Shown here: in pieces, positions 55,345 through 64,000 of the stretch
Numbering within the stretch: position 1 is the stretch's first letter
Layout of the letters: each line of letters begins with the position of its first letter
Assembly (NCBI GenBank): GCA_963665775.2
Contig: CAXXTF010000002.1
Span: forward strand, 1,107,231-1,171,230
Reading direction: 5' to 3'
Length of the DNA stretch: 64,000 nucleotides
Source of the DNA: Dehalococcoidia bacterium
GTDB taxonomy: Bacteria; Chloroflexota; Dehalococcoidia; SM23-28-2; RBG-16-64-32
Translations under genes and position numbers: made by a program
The notes under the pieces: model-generated
Seen by the model: the letters and a program-made list of their open reading frames with translations, nothing else
Told to the model about the DNA's origin: nothing
Databases searched by the model: none

Positions 55345-55608
55345 CGGCCCCTCATCCTGGCCAACCCGGAAGCGAGCGCGTCCGCCACTGACCGGCGACG
55401 CCCGGCGGACGGCCACTTTCCCCGCCCGCCCATTGTCACCTTTGCCGCTGAAGCCCCCTCCCACCGCCGGCGGCCCGGTTGGTGAGCAACCTTCCCACGT
55501 GGCCGTCGGCCGCCGCCCGGTTGGAATCTCCCGTTACCGTGAAATGGGCACCTATCTGGAGCTGGCCCACGCCGACGAAATAGTCTGGTCGCGACGGCTG
55601 ATGAGGTC

Positions 55609-55638
55609 TAGACAATAGCAGGCTGACGTGTCTATAAT
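55609..55638 (+). promoter_or_regulatory. candidate promoter of the ABC permease genes
   Basis: TAGACA (55609..55614), an 18-nt spacer, then TATAAT (55633..55638), 45 nt before the ATG at 55684. Confidence 0.3.
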
Positions 55639-55683
55639 CACCAATCACGCCGTCTATGCGTTTAATCGCCAGAATCTATACCA

Positions 55684-56631
55684 ATGCATGAATACATACT
55701 GAGAAGGCTCCTCTACAGCATCCCGGTAGTATTCTTCACGCTGGTAATAATCTTCCTGATCATCAACGCCATCCCCGGGGATGTAGTTGACGTCCAAACA
55801 GCCGGGACCACTCTTTCAGAAGAAGCGATCGCCGAGTACAAGCGCGAGGTTGGTCTGGACAAGCCGTTGCCCTTGCGTTTCTTCTCCTGGTTAGGCGACC
55901 TAGCCAGGGGCGATCTAGGAACGTCAATCTTCACCGGAGTGAAGGTGCAGACCGAGCTGGAGAGGAGGGTGCCTGTCACGCTACAGCTGGGGATTTTTGG
56001 TCTCACTCTGGCGATGATCATAGCCATTCCCCTGGGCATCATATCGGCCATCCGGGCTAACACACCTATTGACTACGTGGCCAGGTTCTTGGCCATCGGT
56101 GGCCTTGCCGTGCCGAACTTCGTCGTCGCCGTACTGGCCATACTCTTGCTCTCCAAATACCTGAACTACTTCCCAGGGGTTGGCTACGTGCTCCCGTGGG
56201 TCGATCCGGTGGAGAACTTTAGGCTGATGTGGCTGCCCGTGTTGCTCGTTGGCACAGCTCAATCGGCATCGGTCGCCCGCATGGTCCGCTCCACCCTTCT
56301 CGAGGTCCTCCATTCCGACTACATACGCACGGCCTGGTCGAAGGGCCTCCGGGAGAGAGCGGTCGTGATGCGCCATGCTATCAGGAACGCCCTGATCCCG
56401 GTGATCACGATAATCGGTCTGCAGGCCCGAGCGATAATCGGTGGCATCGTCCTTATCGAGATCGTGTTCGGCAAACCAGGAATGGGATCCTGGATGGTAG
56501 AATCGATCTTCCGTCGCGACCTCATTCCCCTCCAAGCTATCATCCTCCTTTTCGCCCTGACGGTAGTCGTGGTGAATCTGATAGTGGACATCTCCTATTC
56601 TTGGCTTGATCCGCGTATCAGGCTGAAATGA
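55684..56631 (+). CDS. ABC transporter permease (DppB/OppB-type)
   Basis: ILRRLLYSIPVVFF N-terminus and the EAA-type loop (YIRTAWSKGLRERAVVMRHAIRNALIPV). Confidence 0.85.
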   Translation: MHEYILRRLLYSIPVVFFTLVIIFLIINAIPGDVVDVQTAGTTLSEEAIAEYKREVGLDKPLPLRFFSWLGDLARGDLGTSIFTGVKVQTELERRVPVTLQLGIFGLTLAMIIAIPLGIISAIRANTPIDYVARFLAIGGLAVPNFVVAVLAILLLSKYLNYFPGVGYVLPWVDPVENFRLMWLPVLLVGTAQSASVARMVRSTLLEVLHSDYIRTAWSKGLRERAVVMRHAIRNALIPVITIIGLQARAIIGGIVLIEIVFGKPGMGSWMVESIFRRDLIPLQAIILLFALTVVVVNLIVDISYSWLDPRIRLK

Positions 56632-56642
56632 TGGTTTGAGAA

Positions 56643-57542
56643 ATGGCTGTGCAACAACCGAATGTGCTAGTGCGCAGGCAACTTCCCGTTCTCAATACGG
56701 CCCTATCCGTGGTACGGCCGGCCCGGCGCTTTGCCAGGCGCCAGCCTGTGGGATTCGTCGCGGTGGTCATCTTACTTACCCTCATCGTGATGGCCGTCAT
56801 CGGGCCGGAGATAGTCCCTTACGAGGCGACCGAATTTACCAGGGATCGGCTCGAGGCGCCCTCCTTGAAACACCCCCTTGGGACCGACCAGGTATCGCGC
56901 GACGTCCTGAGCCGCGTAATCAGCGGTGCCCGCGTCTCCCTGCAGGTAGGGCTCGCCTCCGTGGCTCTGGGCATCGGCGGAGGGGCTGTTGTGGGCGTGA
57001 CCTCAGGTTACTTCGGAGGTCAAGTAGACACACTGGTGCAGCGAATCATGGATGCCATGTTATCCTTTCCGTCGTTGGTCTTAGCGCTCGCCCTGGCGGC
57101 GGTTATGAACCCCGGCTTGACAACGGCCATCCTCGCCATAGGCGTCACCATCCTTCCCTCCGCCAATCGAGTGGTCCGCGGCTCCACGCTCTCCATTAAG
57201 GAGAACGTGTATGTAGAGGCGGCGCGCGCTCTGGGTGCGTCCAATCTGAGGATTATATTGTTGCACATCGTCCCGAACCTGTTCGCGGTGGTCATGGTGA
57301 TGATCTCCATAACGATGGGCGCCGCCATCATCATCGAGGCCAGCCTGTCCTTCCTGGGACTGGGCGTTCAGCCGCCCTCGGTCTCTTGGGGCGCGATGAT
57401 CAACTCTTCACGCGTATTCATGGAGGTCGCGCCCTGGCTGGTGTTGGTGCCGGGCATCGCGATCGCTCTCGTGGTACTCTCCTTCAACCTCCTTGGCGAC
57501 GCCCTCCGAGATTACTTCGATCCTAGCCTGAGGGGACGCTAA
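56643..57542 (+). CDS. ABC transporter permease (DppC/OppC-type)
   Basis: HPLGTDQVSRDVLSRV motif and the EAA-type loop (YVEAARALGASNLRIILLHIVPN). Confidence 0.85.
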   Translation: MAVQQPNVLVRRQLPVLNTALSVVRPARRFARRQPVGFVAVVILLTLIVMAVIGPEIVPYEATEFTRDRLEAPSLKHPLGTDQVSRDVLSRVISGARVSLQVGLASVALGIGGGAVVGVTSGYFGGQVDTLVQRIMDAMLSFPSLVLALALAAVMNPGLTTAILAIGVTILPSANRVVRGSTLSIKENVYVEAARALGASNLRIILLHIVPNLFAVVMVMISITMGAAIIIEASLSFLGLGVQPPSVSWGAMINSSRVFMEVAPWLVLVPGIAIALVVLSFNLLGDALRDYFDPSLRGR

Positions 57543-57674
57543 ATCTCCTGAAAATCGGCTCTGAAAATCGCCCCTGAAAACTATTGACCTAAGGACCCGA
57601 CCTGTCTAATATATGAAACCAATTAAGATACTCCACAGCAGGGGAACCCGCCGCAACGGATAAAGGAGGCTACA

Positions 57675-59597
57675 ATGGCAGGCGACAGCAGCTACTGGCA
57701 GCGATACTGGTCCAAGAGAGTGACGCGCCGGGGAGTGCTTCGCGGCGGCGCCGTGGCGGCCGCTGGCTTAACCGCGGCAGCCGTAGTGGGCTGCGGCGAC
57801 GATGATGAGGCGCCGGCGGCCACCACACCGGCGGCCACGGCTACACCGCAGGCTACGAATGGACAGGTAGCCGGGAGGCCCTACTTCCGAACCTACCCGG
57901 CGGCCCCTTCCTACTCCTCGTCCGCAAACCAGGCACTCCTTAGGGAGTTCCACTTCTCTGTAATCGGGCCACAGGTCCACGTGCTGGGGACACCGCAGCT
58001 GGGCGGCGTGTTCTCCCCGCAAACGTTCAACCCCCCACCGACGTTGCACCCGCTGGACCCGGCGGTCGCCAGCACCGGCCAGTGGCCGGGCGGTCCCTAC
58101 GCCGCCAACCTGGTGATGGCCGACTGGTGGGACGACCCAGAGCAGAACGGCCCCACCACTCGCTACGCCGTTTCCGAGTCGTTTGAGACGCCGGATCCTA
58201 CTACTTTCAACTTCAGGCTGCGTACGCCGCGGCCCTGGTTCCATGACGTCCCACCGGCCAACGGCGACCCGCTCACGATCGAGGACATTCAGGCCACGTA
58301 CGAGCTCTACGCCGGGCACAAGTTTTTTGAAGCGAACTTCAAGGACATCACCAGCATCACGGAGCCGGAACCGGGCCTCGTACAGATCAAGACCTCTCAG
58401 CCCGCGGTCCACCTCCTGGGCGCGCTGCGGAAGGAAGCCTTCACGATCCTTAACAGGAAGCTGATCGAGGAGGGTGACGAGGCGATGAACTCGAAGGCTA
58501 TCAGCCTCGGTGCCTTTACCCAGCACACGTTCATCCCGAGCCAGCTTCGCGCTTATAAGCGGAACCCCAACTGGTGGTGGCCCAAGGATCAGTTCGGCAA
58601 CCAGCAGCCGTACCAGGACGGCTTCACGATGAACATCATTGCAGACCCAGCCGCTGGCTTAGCGGCGTTCCGTACCGGGCAGACCGACTACTATAGGCCC
58701 AACAGTGTTGAAGAGTTCGACCAGCTGCGCGGTGACCTCGGCGATGATGTGTGGCCGTTCGCATCGGTCGGCCCCGCTAGCTCAACAGTTGCCCTTGTTC
58801 CTAGCATGCGCGACCCAGCGTTGCAGAACCCCAACGTGCGGCGGGCCATATCGATGGGGATAGACCAGCAAACAATCCTCGATGTTGTGTTTGGTGGGGC
58901 GGCCACGCCCCGCCCCTGGATCCCCTGGTACTTCCGGGGTCTCAAATGGCCGGAAACCCTGGATCAGATGGGCCCATACTTCAAGTTCGACCCGGAGGGG
59001 GCCAAGAACCTCCTCGCCGAAGCCAATGTCCAGACGCCGCTCAAATTGCAGATGTTTTTCACGGGAACGGTGGAGCAAGCGGGCGGTGGTGGTGTGTTTG
59101 CCACCGGAGACCCGTACGTGGAGCCGGCACGGCAAACTCTCAAGGACATCGGTATCGAGTTGGACCTCGTGCCTCAGGACAGGACGAGCCTGAGACTGAA
59201 AACCTTCGACGGCGAGTGGATCGGCATGGGGTCTATCAGCATTGGAACCAGCGCCGTAGACGCGGACGAATGGGTCCAACGGGCGGTGTCCGGCACCGGC
59301 TCCAACCCTAACGGGATATCAGACCCCAAGATAGACCAGTGGTTCCTCGACGAGCGGGCCGAGGTTGATCCCGTGGAGCGGGCCAAGATCTTCCAGAAGA
59401 TAGAGCAGTACGCGGTTCAGGACCAGCTGCTGTGGGGTCCGGTGATGCCCAGGATCTTCAGCCTGGCCCTGTGGAAGCGGTACGTCCACAACATGATTGA
59501 GACCTCCCTGTACACCATCAACGGCGGCCTGCAGTTCCAGCAGACCGAGGTGTGGTTGGATAGCAACGCGCCCTCGCGCGACATTGACAACCTCTAG
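57675..59597 (+). CDS. ABC transporter substrate-binding lipoprotein, family 5 (peptide/nickel/opine type), Tat-type signal
   Basis: Twin-arginine TRRGVLRGG followed by the lipobox VVGCG; 640 aa with family-5 SBP layout; strong SD AAAGGAGG. Confidence 0.75.
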   Translation: MAGDSSYWQRYWSKRVTRRGVLRGGAVAAAGLTAAAVVGCGDDDEAPAATTPAATATPQATNGQVAGRPYFRTYPAAPSYSSSANQALLREFHFSVIGPQVHVLGTPQLGGVFSPQTFNPPPTLHPLDPAVASTGQWPGGPYAANLVMADWWDDPEQNGPTTRYAVSESFETPDPTTFNFRLRTPRPWFHDVPPANGDPLTIEDIQATYELYAGHKFFEANFKDITSITEPEPGLVQIKTSQPAVHLLGALRKEAFTILNRKLIEEGDEAMNSKAISLGAFTQHTFIPSQLRAYKRNPNWWWPKDQFGNQQPYQDGFTMNIIADPAAGLAAFRTGQTDYYRPNSVEEFDQLRGDLGDDVWPFASVGPASSTVALVPSMRDPALQNPNVRRAISMGIDQQTILDVVFGGAATPRPWIPWYFRGLKWPETLDQMGPYFKFDPEGAKNLLAEANVQTPLKLQMFFTGTVEQAGGGGVFATGDPYVEPARQTLKDIGIELDLVPQDRTSLRLKTFDGEWIGMGSISIGTSAVDADEWVQRAVSGTGSNPNGISDPKIDQWFLDERAEVDPVERAKIFQKIEQYAVQDQLLWGPVMPRIFSLALWKRYVHNMIETSLYTINGGLQFQQTEVWLDSNAPSRDIDNL

Positions 59598-59618
59598 GGG
59601 TCCCAAGCACTAGGCGCC

Positions 59619-59656
59619 CGGCGTGCCCGGTTGACGCGAGTCGGCCGGGCACGCCG
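59619..59656 (+). terminator. hairpin after the SBP gene
   Basis: CGGCGTGCCCGG-14 nt-CCGGGCACGCCG forms a 12-bp perfect stem, followed by TCTGGTTGAGTTGG. Confidence 0.4.
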
Positions 59657-59843
59657 TCTGGTTGAGTTGGGACAGCTTTGGGACTAAGGGCAGCAGGCTA
59701 GGCATGGCACTGAGCGCGAGACGCCCCGCTCGAATGTGTATCGTTGGAGGCTCTGCTAAAGCCCGAATCTTGCCGCGCCGGCACTTAAAAGCGTATCCTT
59801 CTGGCATTGTGAACTTCGCTATGTGTCCGGGAGGGGCCACGGG

Positions 59844-59872
59844 TTGACAGCGCTCCCGTAGGGATATAAGTT
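59844..59872 (+). promoter_or_regulatory. candidate promoter of the first molybdoenzyme gene
   Basis: TTGACA (59844..59849) is followed by TATAAGTT. This reads as TATAAG with a 15-nt spacer or TAAGTT with a 17-nt spacer. The SD GGAGGTG precedes the GTG at 59940. Confidence 0.35.
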
Positions 59873-59939
59873 CTAAGTACCATATGTAAAGCGTATAGCG
59901 GCGGATGGCCCCCTCTTCTAACGTCAATGGAGGTGCTAG

Positions 59940-62540
59940 GTGGTAACAAGCGATCTAGCCAGCCCAGCTCATTCCCCGACCAAGTTGGGGGAAGGGAAGA
60001 CGATCCCCAGCGTCTGCCACCTGTGCGTCTACGGCCAGTGCGCTACGCTGGTGCACGTCGTTGACGGCGTGGCAGTAAAGATAGAGGGGAACCCCGAGGC
60101 GCCTCACAACGAGGGGAGGCTCTGCCCGAGGGGGAACTCAGCCATCATGGAGCTGTACGACCCCTACCGGGTCAAGGTGCCGATGAAGCGGACCAACCCG
60201 GAGAAGGGGCTGGATGTGGACCCCAAGTTCGTGGAGATCAGCTGGGATGAGGCCCTGGACATCGTGGCGGAGAAGCTGCGGGCCGTAAAGGAAGAGGATC
60301 CCAGACAGTTCCACTCCAGCGGAGGAATGGCCGGGGGCGGACTTGCGCGGGGGAGGTTCCAGTCCTTCTTCGGCGGAGCACCGATGCACATGTTCGGCGG
60401 GGTGGCGGCCTGCGGCAGTTCAGAGCACGCCGTCTCTACCTGGGCCCACAACGGCCACGTCTCAGGATACGATCCCGACTACGTGGAGCTGCTCATCCTC
60501 CAGGGCACCAACGCCGGCTTTGGCACCTGGCTGGGCGGCGCCGCCGGTGGCGGCGTGAGCCGGCTCGCGGACGCCCGGGCGGAGCGCGGTACCAGGATAG
60601 TGAGCATCGACCCCCGGTGCGGGGAGGGGGCGAACAAGGGCGAGTGGATACCGATAGTTCCTGGCACTGACCTCGCCTTCAACCTGTCTATGCTGCACGT
60701 GATCCTCCATGAGATGAACCAGTTTGACGTGGAGTTCGTGAAGCTCCACACCAATGGCCCCTACCTCATCCAGCCCAACGGACACTACCTGAAGGATGCT
60801 GACGGTAAGCCCTTGGTGTGGGACGCGGATCTTCAGGCGACTAGACCCTTTGATGACCCGGAGATCAAGGACTTTATCCTCGAGGGGTCTTACGAGATAA
60901 ACAGCGAGTCCTACAAGACGGCCTTCCAGATGCTGAAGGATCGGATGGCGCCGTATACGCCGGAGTGGGCGGAGAAGCTCACCACGGTGCCGGCTGCCCG
61001 GGTAAGGAGCCTCGCCGCCGATTTCGTGAAGACGGCGAAGATCGGGGCGACTATCAAGATAGACGGGGTGGTGCTGCCCTATCGACCGGCGGCGATGATC
61101 GGCTATCACGGCTCAACGCGACACTACAACGGCCCCTACACTACGATGGCCCTGCGTCTCATCAACTGCCTCATGGGTAACTACGACGTGCCCGGCGGCA
61201 ACAAGGGGATGCCGGAGATCGCTGCCCACCCGGAGATATATGACATGCCTCCCCAGACAGACGGCATGCTGGAGTTCATCCCTCCGTCAGAGATCAAGTT
61301 CCCGCCGGATCCAGACCTGAAGCAGTTCTACCCACTTGCGGTCGACTCCAACATAGTGTGGTTGAACTGGACCCAAAAGGACGCTGCGATGCGGGAGAAG
61401 TTCAAGATCCCGTACAACCTCAAGGTCCTCTGCCTGGGAGGCACGAACCCCTTCCGGAACCAGGGCGATCCCCGGCACACCGAGGAGATGATGAGGGCCA
61501 TCGACTTCATCTTCACCGTCTCCGTGTGGATCGATGACCCGGCCCTGTTCGCGGACGTGGTGCTTCCAGAGGATTGTGCTCCGGAGCGGCTCGAAGTACA
61601 CAAGTACAACGCTATGTTCCAGATTGGGCTTCAGGGGACCATGTTGCGCCAGCCGCTCGTGGGGCGCCTTTACGATACTCGGCATACCGACGAGATGGTG
61701 ATAGAGCTAACCGAGAAGCTGGGCATGCTGTACGGCGAAGGCGGCTACATCGACTTCTTGAATAGGACTCTCGGTGGTTTCTCGAACTATGTCCAGGACG
61801 CCGGGCCCGCAGAAGGCGATGGACTCCTGGACATTCACAAGAAGCCCACTTTGGAGGAGGTCGTCGACGCGAGGCTTAAAGCAGCGCGGGGCCAGGAGAA
61901 GGGGGTGGAGTGGTTCAGGGAGAACGGCTTAGAGTTCGACAAGCTCCCGGTCGAGAAGGATTACCACTGGGCACCCCTATCCGGGCGCCGCTTCCCCCTC
62001 TACTTCGAGCCGGTGAAAGAGTTGGGTGACTTGCTGAAGAAGAAGATCAACGAGGAGTACGGATGGGACTGGGACACCTCCTGGTACGACGCGCTACCAC
62101 GCTGGGAACCATGCCCAGAACATGATACAGAGAAGTTCCCTCCGGACTTCGATCTGTATGTTATGAATTACAAGACGCCGTTCAACACCAACAGCCAGAC
62201 CGGTGCTAACCCCTGGCTGAGTGAGGTGTTCGAGGCTGACCCCTACTTCCTGCGGCTCTGGATGCACGAGGAGACAGGGAAGAGAAAGGGGCTTCGCGAC
62301 GGCGACAAGGTCTGGATCGAGTCGACCATGGCGAAGCTGGAGGCGCGCGTGAAGCTGAGCCAGACAGTCCATCCCCAGGTCGTCGCGGTCGGCGGCGCCG
62401 GGGGGAGCTGGGCCACCAGCCCCTTCGCCAAGAAGGGCATCAACTTCGCCAGCCTGCTGCCACAGACGCCGGAGCAGATCAACCCTATGCTCTGTAACCT
62501 CGATTGGTGCACGCGAGTCAAGATCACAGTACGGCAATGA
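59940..62540 (+). CDS. molybdopterin (bis-MGD, DMSO-reductase superfamily) oxidoreductase catalytic subunit, cytoplasmic; paralog 1
   Basis: N-terminal Fe-S motif CHLCVYGQC-x27-C (CX2CX4CX27C), EISWDEALDIVAEKL, and the MopB layout with a C-terminal beta-barrel (GDKVWIES...ARVKLSQTVHPQVV). No twin-arginine signal and no in-frame stop. Confidence 0.75.
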   Translation: MVTSDLASPAHSPTKLGEGKTIPSVCHLCVYGQCATLVHVVDGVAVKIEGNPEAPHNEGRLCPRGNSAIMELYDPYRVKVPMKRTNPEKGLDVDPKFVEISWDEALDIVAEKLRAVKEEDPRQFHSSGGMAGGGLARGRFQSFFGGAPMHMFGGVAACGSSEHAVSTWAHNGHVSGYDPDYVELLILQGTNAGFGTWLGGAAGGGVSRLADARAERGTRIVSIDPRCGEGANKGEWIPIVPGTDLAFNLSMLHVILHEMNQFDVEFVKLHTNGPYLIQPNGHYLKDADGKPLVWDADLQATRPFDDPEIKDFILEGSYEINSESYKTAFQMLKDRMAPYTPEWAEKLTTVPAARVRSLAADFVKTAKIGATIKIDGVVLPYRPAAMIGYHGSTRHYNGPYTTMALRLINCLMGNYDVPGGNKGMPEIAAHPEIYDMPPQTDGMLEFIPPSEIKFPPDPDLKQFYPLAVDSNIVWLNWTQKDAAMREKFKIPYNLKVLCLGGTNPFRNQGDPRHTEEMMRAIDFIFTVSVWIDDPALFADVVLPEDCAPERLEVHKYNAMFQIGLQGTMLRQPLVGRLYDTRHTDEMVIELTEKLGMLYGEGGYIDFLNRTLGGFSNYVQDAGPAEGDGLLDIHKKPTLEEVVDARLKAARGQEKGVEWFRENGLEFDKLPVEKDYHWAPLSGRRFPLYFEPVKELGDLLKKKINEEYGWDWDTSWYDALPRWEPCPEHDTEKFPPDFDLYVMNYKTPFNTNSQTGANPWLSEVFEADPYFLRLWMHEETGKRKGLRDGDKVWIESTMAKLEARVKLSQTVHPQVVAVGGAGGSWATSPFAKKGINFASLLPQTPEQINPMLCNLDWCTRVKITVRQ

Positions 62541-62712
62541 CACCCTAGGCTGATACGTCAATGACACAGGTGGTAAACCTCTGGCGCGGAACCTGCCGTG
62601 AGAGGGGGTCCACGAGGCCGGCCTTACCAAGCGCAAGCGGTGCCCGTCCCGTTGGAGTTCGGGCCGCTCAGATCGCCATCATATACTCCTATCCGCAGTG
62701 GAGGTACGTATA

Positions 62713-64000
62713 ATGCTCTCCCCAACAAGTGCCGATACGACTGTCGCTAGGAAGCAGTTGGAGGACGGCAAGATAGTGCCCAGCGTCTGCCACCTCTGCG
62801 TCTACGGCCAGTGCGCCACACTGGTGCACGTCGTTGACGGCGTGGCAATAAAGATAGAGGGGAACCCCGAGGCGCCTCATAACGAGGGGAGGCTCTGCCC
62901 GAGGGGGAACTCAGCCATCATGGAGCTGTACGACCCCTACCGGGTCAAGGTGCCGATGAAGCGGACCAACCCGGAGAAGGGGCTTGATGTGGACCCCCAA
63001 TTTGTGGAGATCAGCTGGGATGAGGCCCTGGACATCGTGGCGGAGAAGCTGCGGGTGGTCAAAGAGGAAGACTCCCGGCAGTTCCACTCCAGCGGAGGGA
63101 TGGCCAGCTTCGGTCTCGCTCAAGGTTTGTTCCAGTCCTTCTTCGGTGGGGCACCGATGCACATGTTCGGCGGGGTGGCGGCCTGCGGCAGTTCGGAGCA
63201 CGCCGTCTCTACCTGGGCCCATAATGGCCACGTCTCGGGATTCGATCCCGACTACGTGGAGCTGCTGATCCTGCAGGGGACGAACGCTGGATTCGGCACT
63301 TGGCTCGGTGGAGCTGCCGGCGGGGGAGTCAGTCGCGTAGCCGACGCCCGGGTGGAGCGTGGCTTGAGGATCGTGAGCATCGACCCCCGGTGCAGCGAGG
63401 GAGGGAACAAGGCCAACGAGTGGATTCCGTTAGTTCCTGGCACTGACCTCGCCTTCAACCTGTCTATGCTGCATGTAATCCTGCATGAGCTGAATCAGTT
63501 CGACGTGGAGTTCGTTAAGCTCCACACCAACGGCCCCTACCTCATCCAGCCTAACGGCTATTACCTGAAGGATGATGACGGTAAGCCTCTGGTGTGGGAC
63601 GCGGATCTTCAGGCGACTAGACCCTTTGATGACCCGGAGATCAAGGACTTTGTCCTGGAAGGTACTTACGAAGTCAACGGCGAGTCCTGCAAGCCGGCCT
63701 TCCAGATGCTGAAGGATCGGATGGCGCCGTATACGCCGGAGTGGGCGGAGAAGCTCACCACGGTGCCCGGGGCCACGGTACGGCGGCTAGCTGCCGATTT
63801 CGTCAAGACGGCGAAGATCGGGGCGACCATCAAGATCGATGGTCTGGAGCTGCCTTATCGACCGGCGGCGATGATCGGCTACCACGGGGCGGAGCGCCAC
63901 TACAACGGACCATACACGGCGATGGCCCTGCGCCTCATCAACTGTCTCGTCGGCAACTACGATGTGCCAGGCGGCAACAAGGGGATGCCGGAGATCGCTG
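62713..64000 (+). CDS. molybdopterin oxidoreductase catalytic subunit, paralog 2; the 3' end lies outside the window
   Basis: The ATG at 62713 lies 8 nt after GGAGGT, and the frame stays open to the window end. I translated it by hand (MLSPTSADTTVARKQLEDGKIVPSVCHLCVYGQCATLVHVVDG...). It is collinear with paralog 1 and shares long identical nucleotide runs. Confidence 0.75.
   Translation, partial: MLSPTSADTTVARKQLEDGKIVPSVCHLCVYGQCATLVHVVDGVAIKIEGNPEAPHNEGRLCPRGNSAIMELYDPYRVKVPMKRTNPEKGLDVDPQFVEISWDEALDIVAEKLRVVKEEDSRQFHSSGGMASFGLAQGLFQSFFGGAPMHMFGGVAACGSSEHAVSTWAHNGHVSGFDPDYVELLILQGTNAGFGTWLGGAAGGGVSRVADARVERGLRIVSIDPRCSEGGNKANEWIPLVPGTDLAFNLSMLHVILHELNQFDVEFVKLHTNGPYLIQPNGYYLKDDDGKPLVWDADLQATRPFDDPEIKDFVLEGTYEVNGESCKPAFQMLKDRMAPYTPEWAEKLTTVPGATVRRLAADFVKTAKIGATIKIDGLELPYRPAAMIGYHGAERHYNGPYTAMALRLINCLVGNYDVPGGNKGMPEIA

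Noticed and set aside
59610-59927. 105-aa minus-strand ORF in the spacer before the first molybdoenzyme gene
   Set aside because: It contains the SBP terminator hairpin and the candidate promoter of the molybdoenzyme gene. It has no SD and no motifs, so it is probably non-coding.
59940-64000. Selenocysteine in the molybdoenzymes (FdhH-style in-frame TGA)
   Set aside because: Both paralog frames are uninterrupted across the expected Mo-ligand region (GGVAACGSSEH), so a Cys, not a TGA, occupies the candidate position.

Overview
This is a high-GC bacterial chromosomal window, roughly two-thirds G+C by eye, densely coding on both strands. All calls rest on reading the supplied ORF translations and the DNA by eye. 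No database search, folding or statistics were run.

Genes in order:
- pabB (5' truncated)-pabC-add, then yebC-ruvC-ruvA, a NUDIX hydrolase, and panD-panB-panC with a structured leader.
- A DmpA/S58 peptidase, a sortase, mutM and polA.
- A MaoC double-hotdog protein, an MFS transporter and a TPP enzyme.
- A lipid-type cluster: two hotdog dehydratase subunits, fabF, a PaaI thioesterase and an LpxL-type acyltransferase.
- A 2Fe-2S ferredoxin, a LysR regulator, an ECF sigma factor, and an HMA-domain gene coupled to nfo.
- An interrupted M28 aminopeptidase and a LysM lipoprotein.
- A 12S/5S/1.3S transcarboxylase-type gene set, korAB and aconitase.
- A CAP-domain protein with a 30-bp tandem repeat, rsmG, and tRNA-Ala(GGC) followed by an AT-rich two-gene islet.
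- leuS, coaD/rsmD, greA, lysS, HAD and NUDIX hydrolases, and serS.
- A visibly lower-GC accessory block: an isochorismatase-like hydrolase, a peptide-type ABC importer without ATPase genes, and two tandem cytoplasmic molybdopterin oxidoreductase paralogs. The second paralog runs off the window.

No rRNA, CRISPR array, transposase or integrase was seen. The sortase, the LysM lipoprotein and the Pro/Thr linkers suggest a monoderm-like high-GC lineage (Chloroflexota- or Actinomycetota-like). That is inference only.

Most notable observations:
1. An HMA-domain gene carries an in-frame UGA exactly at the second Cys of its CxxC motif, making it a CxxU selenoprotein candidate. It has its own -10 box and SD, and a hairpin lies downstream of the UGA.
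2. The pan operon leader holds two architecturally identical bulged-A hairpins plus a terminator, resembling the orphan pan motif.
3. An AT-rich cassette encoding a PIN-like protein sits next to the tRNA.
4. A perfect 73-bp tandem duplication spans the start of the carboxyltransferase gene.
5. The two Mo-enzyme paralogs are recently duplicated or gene-converted.
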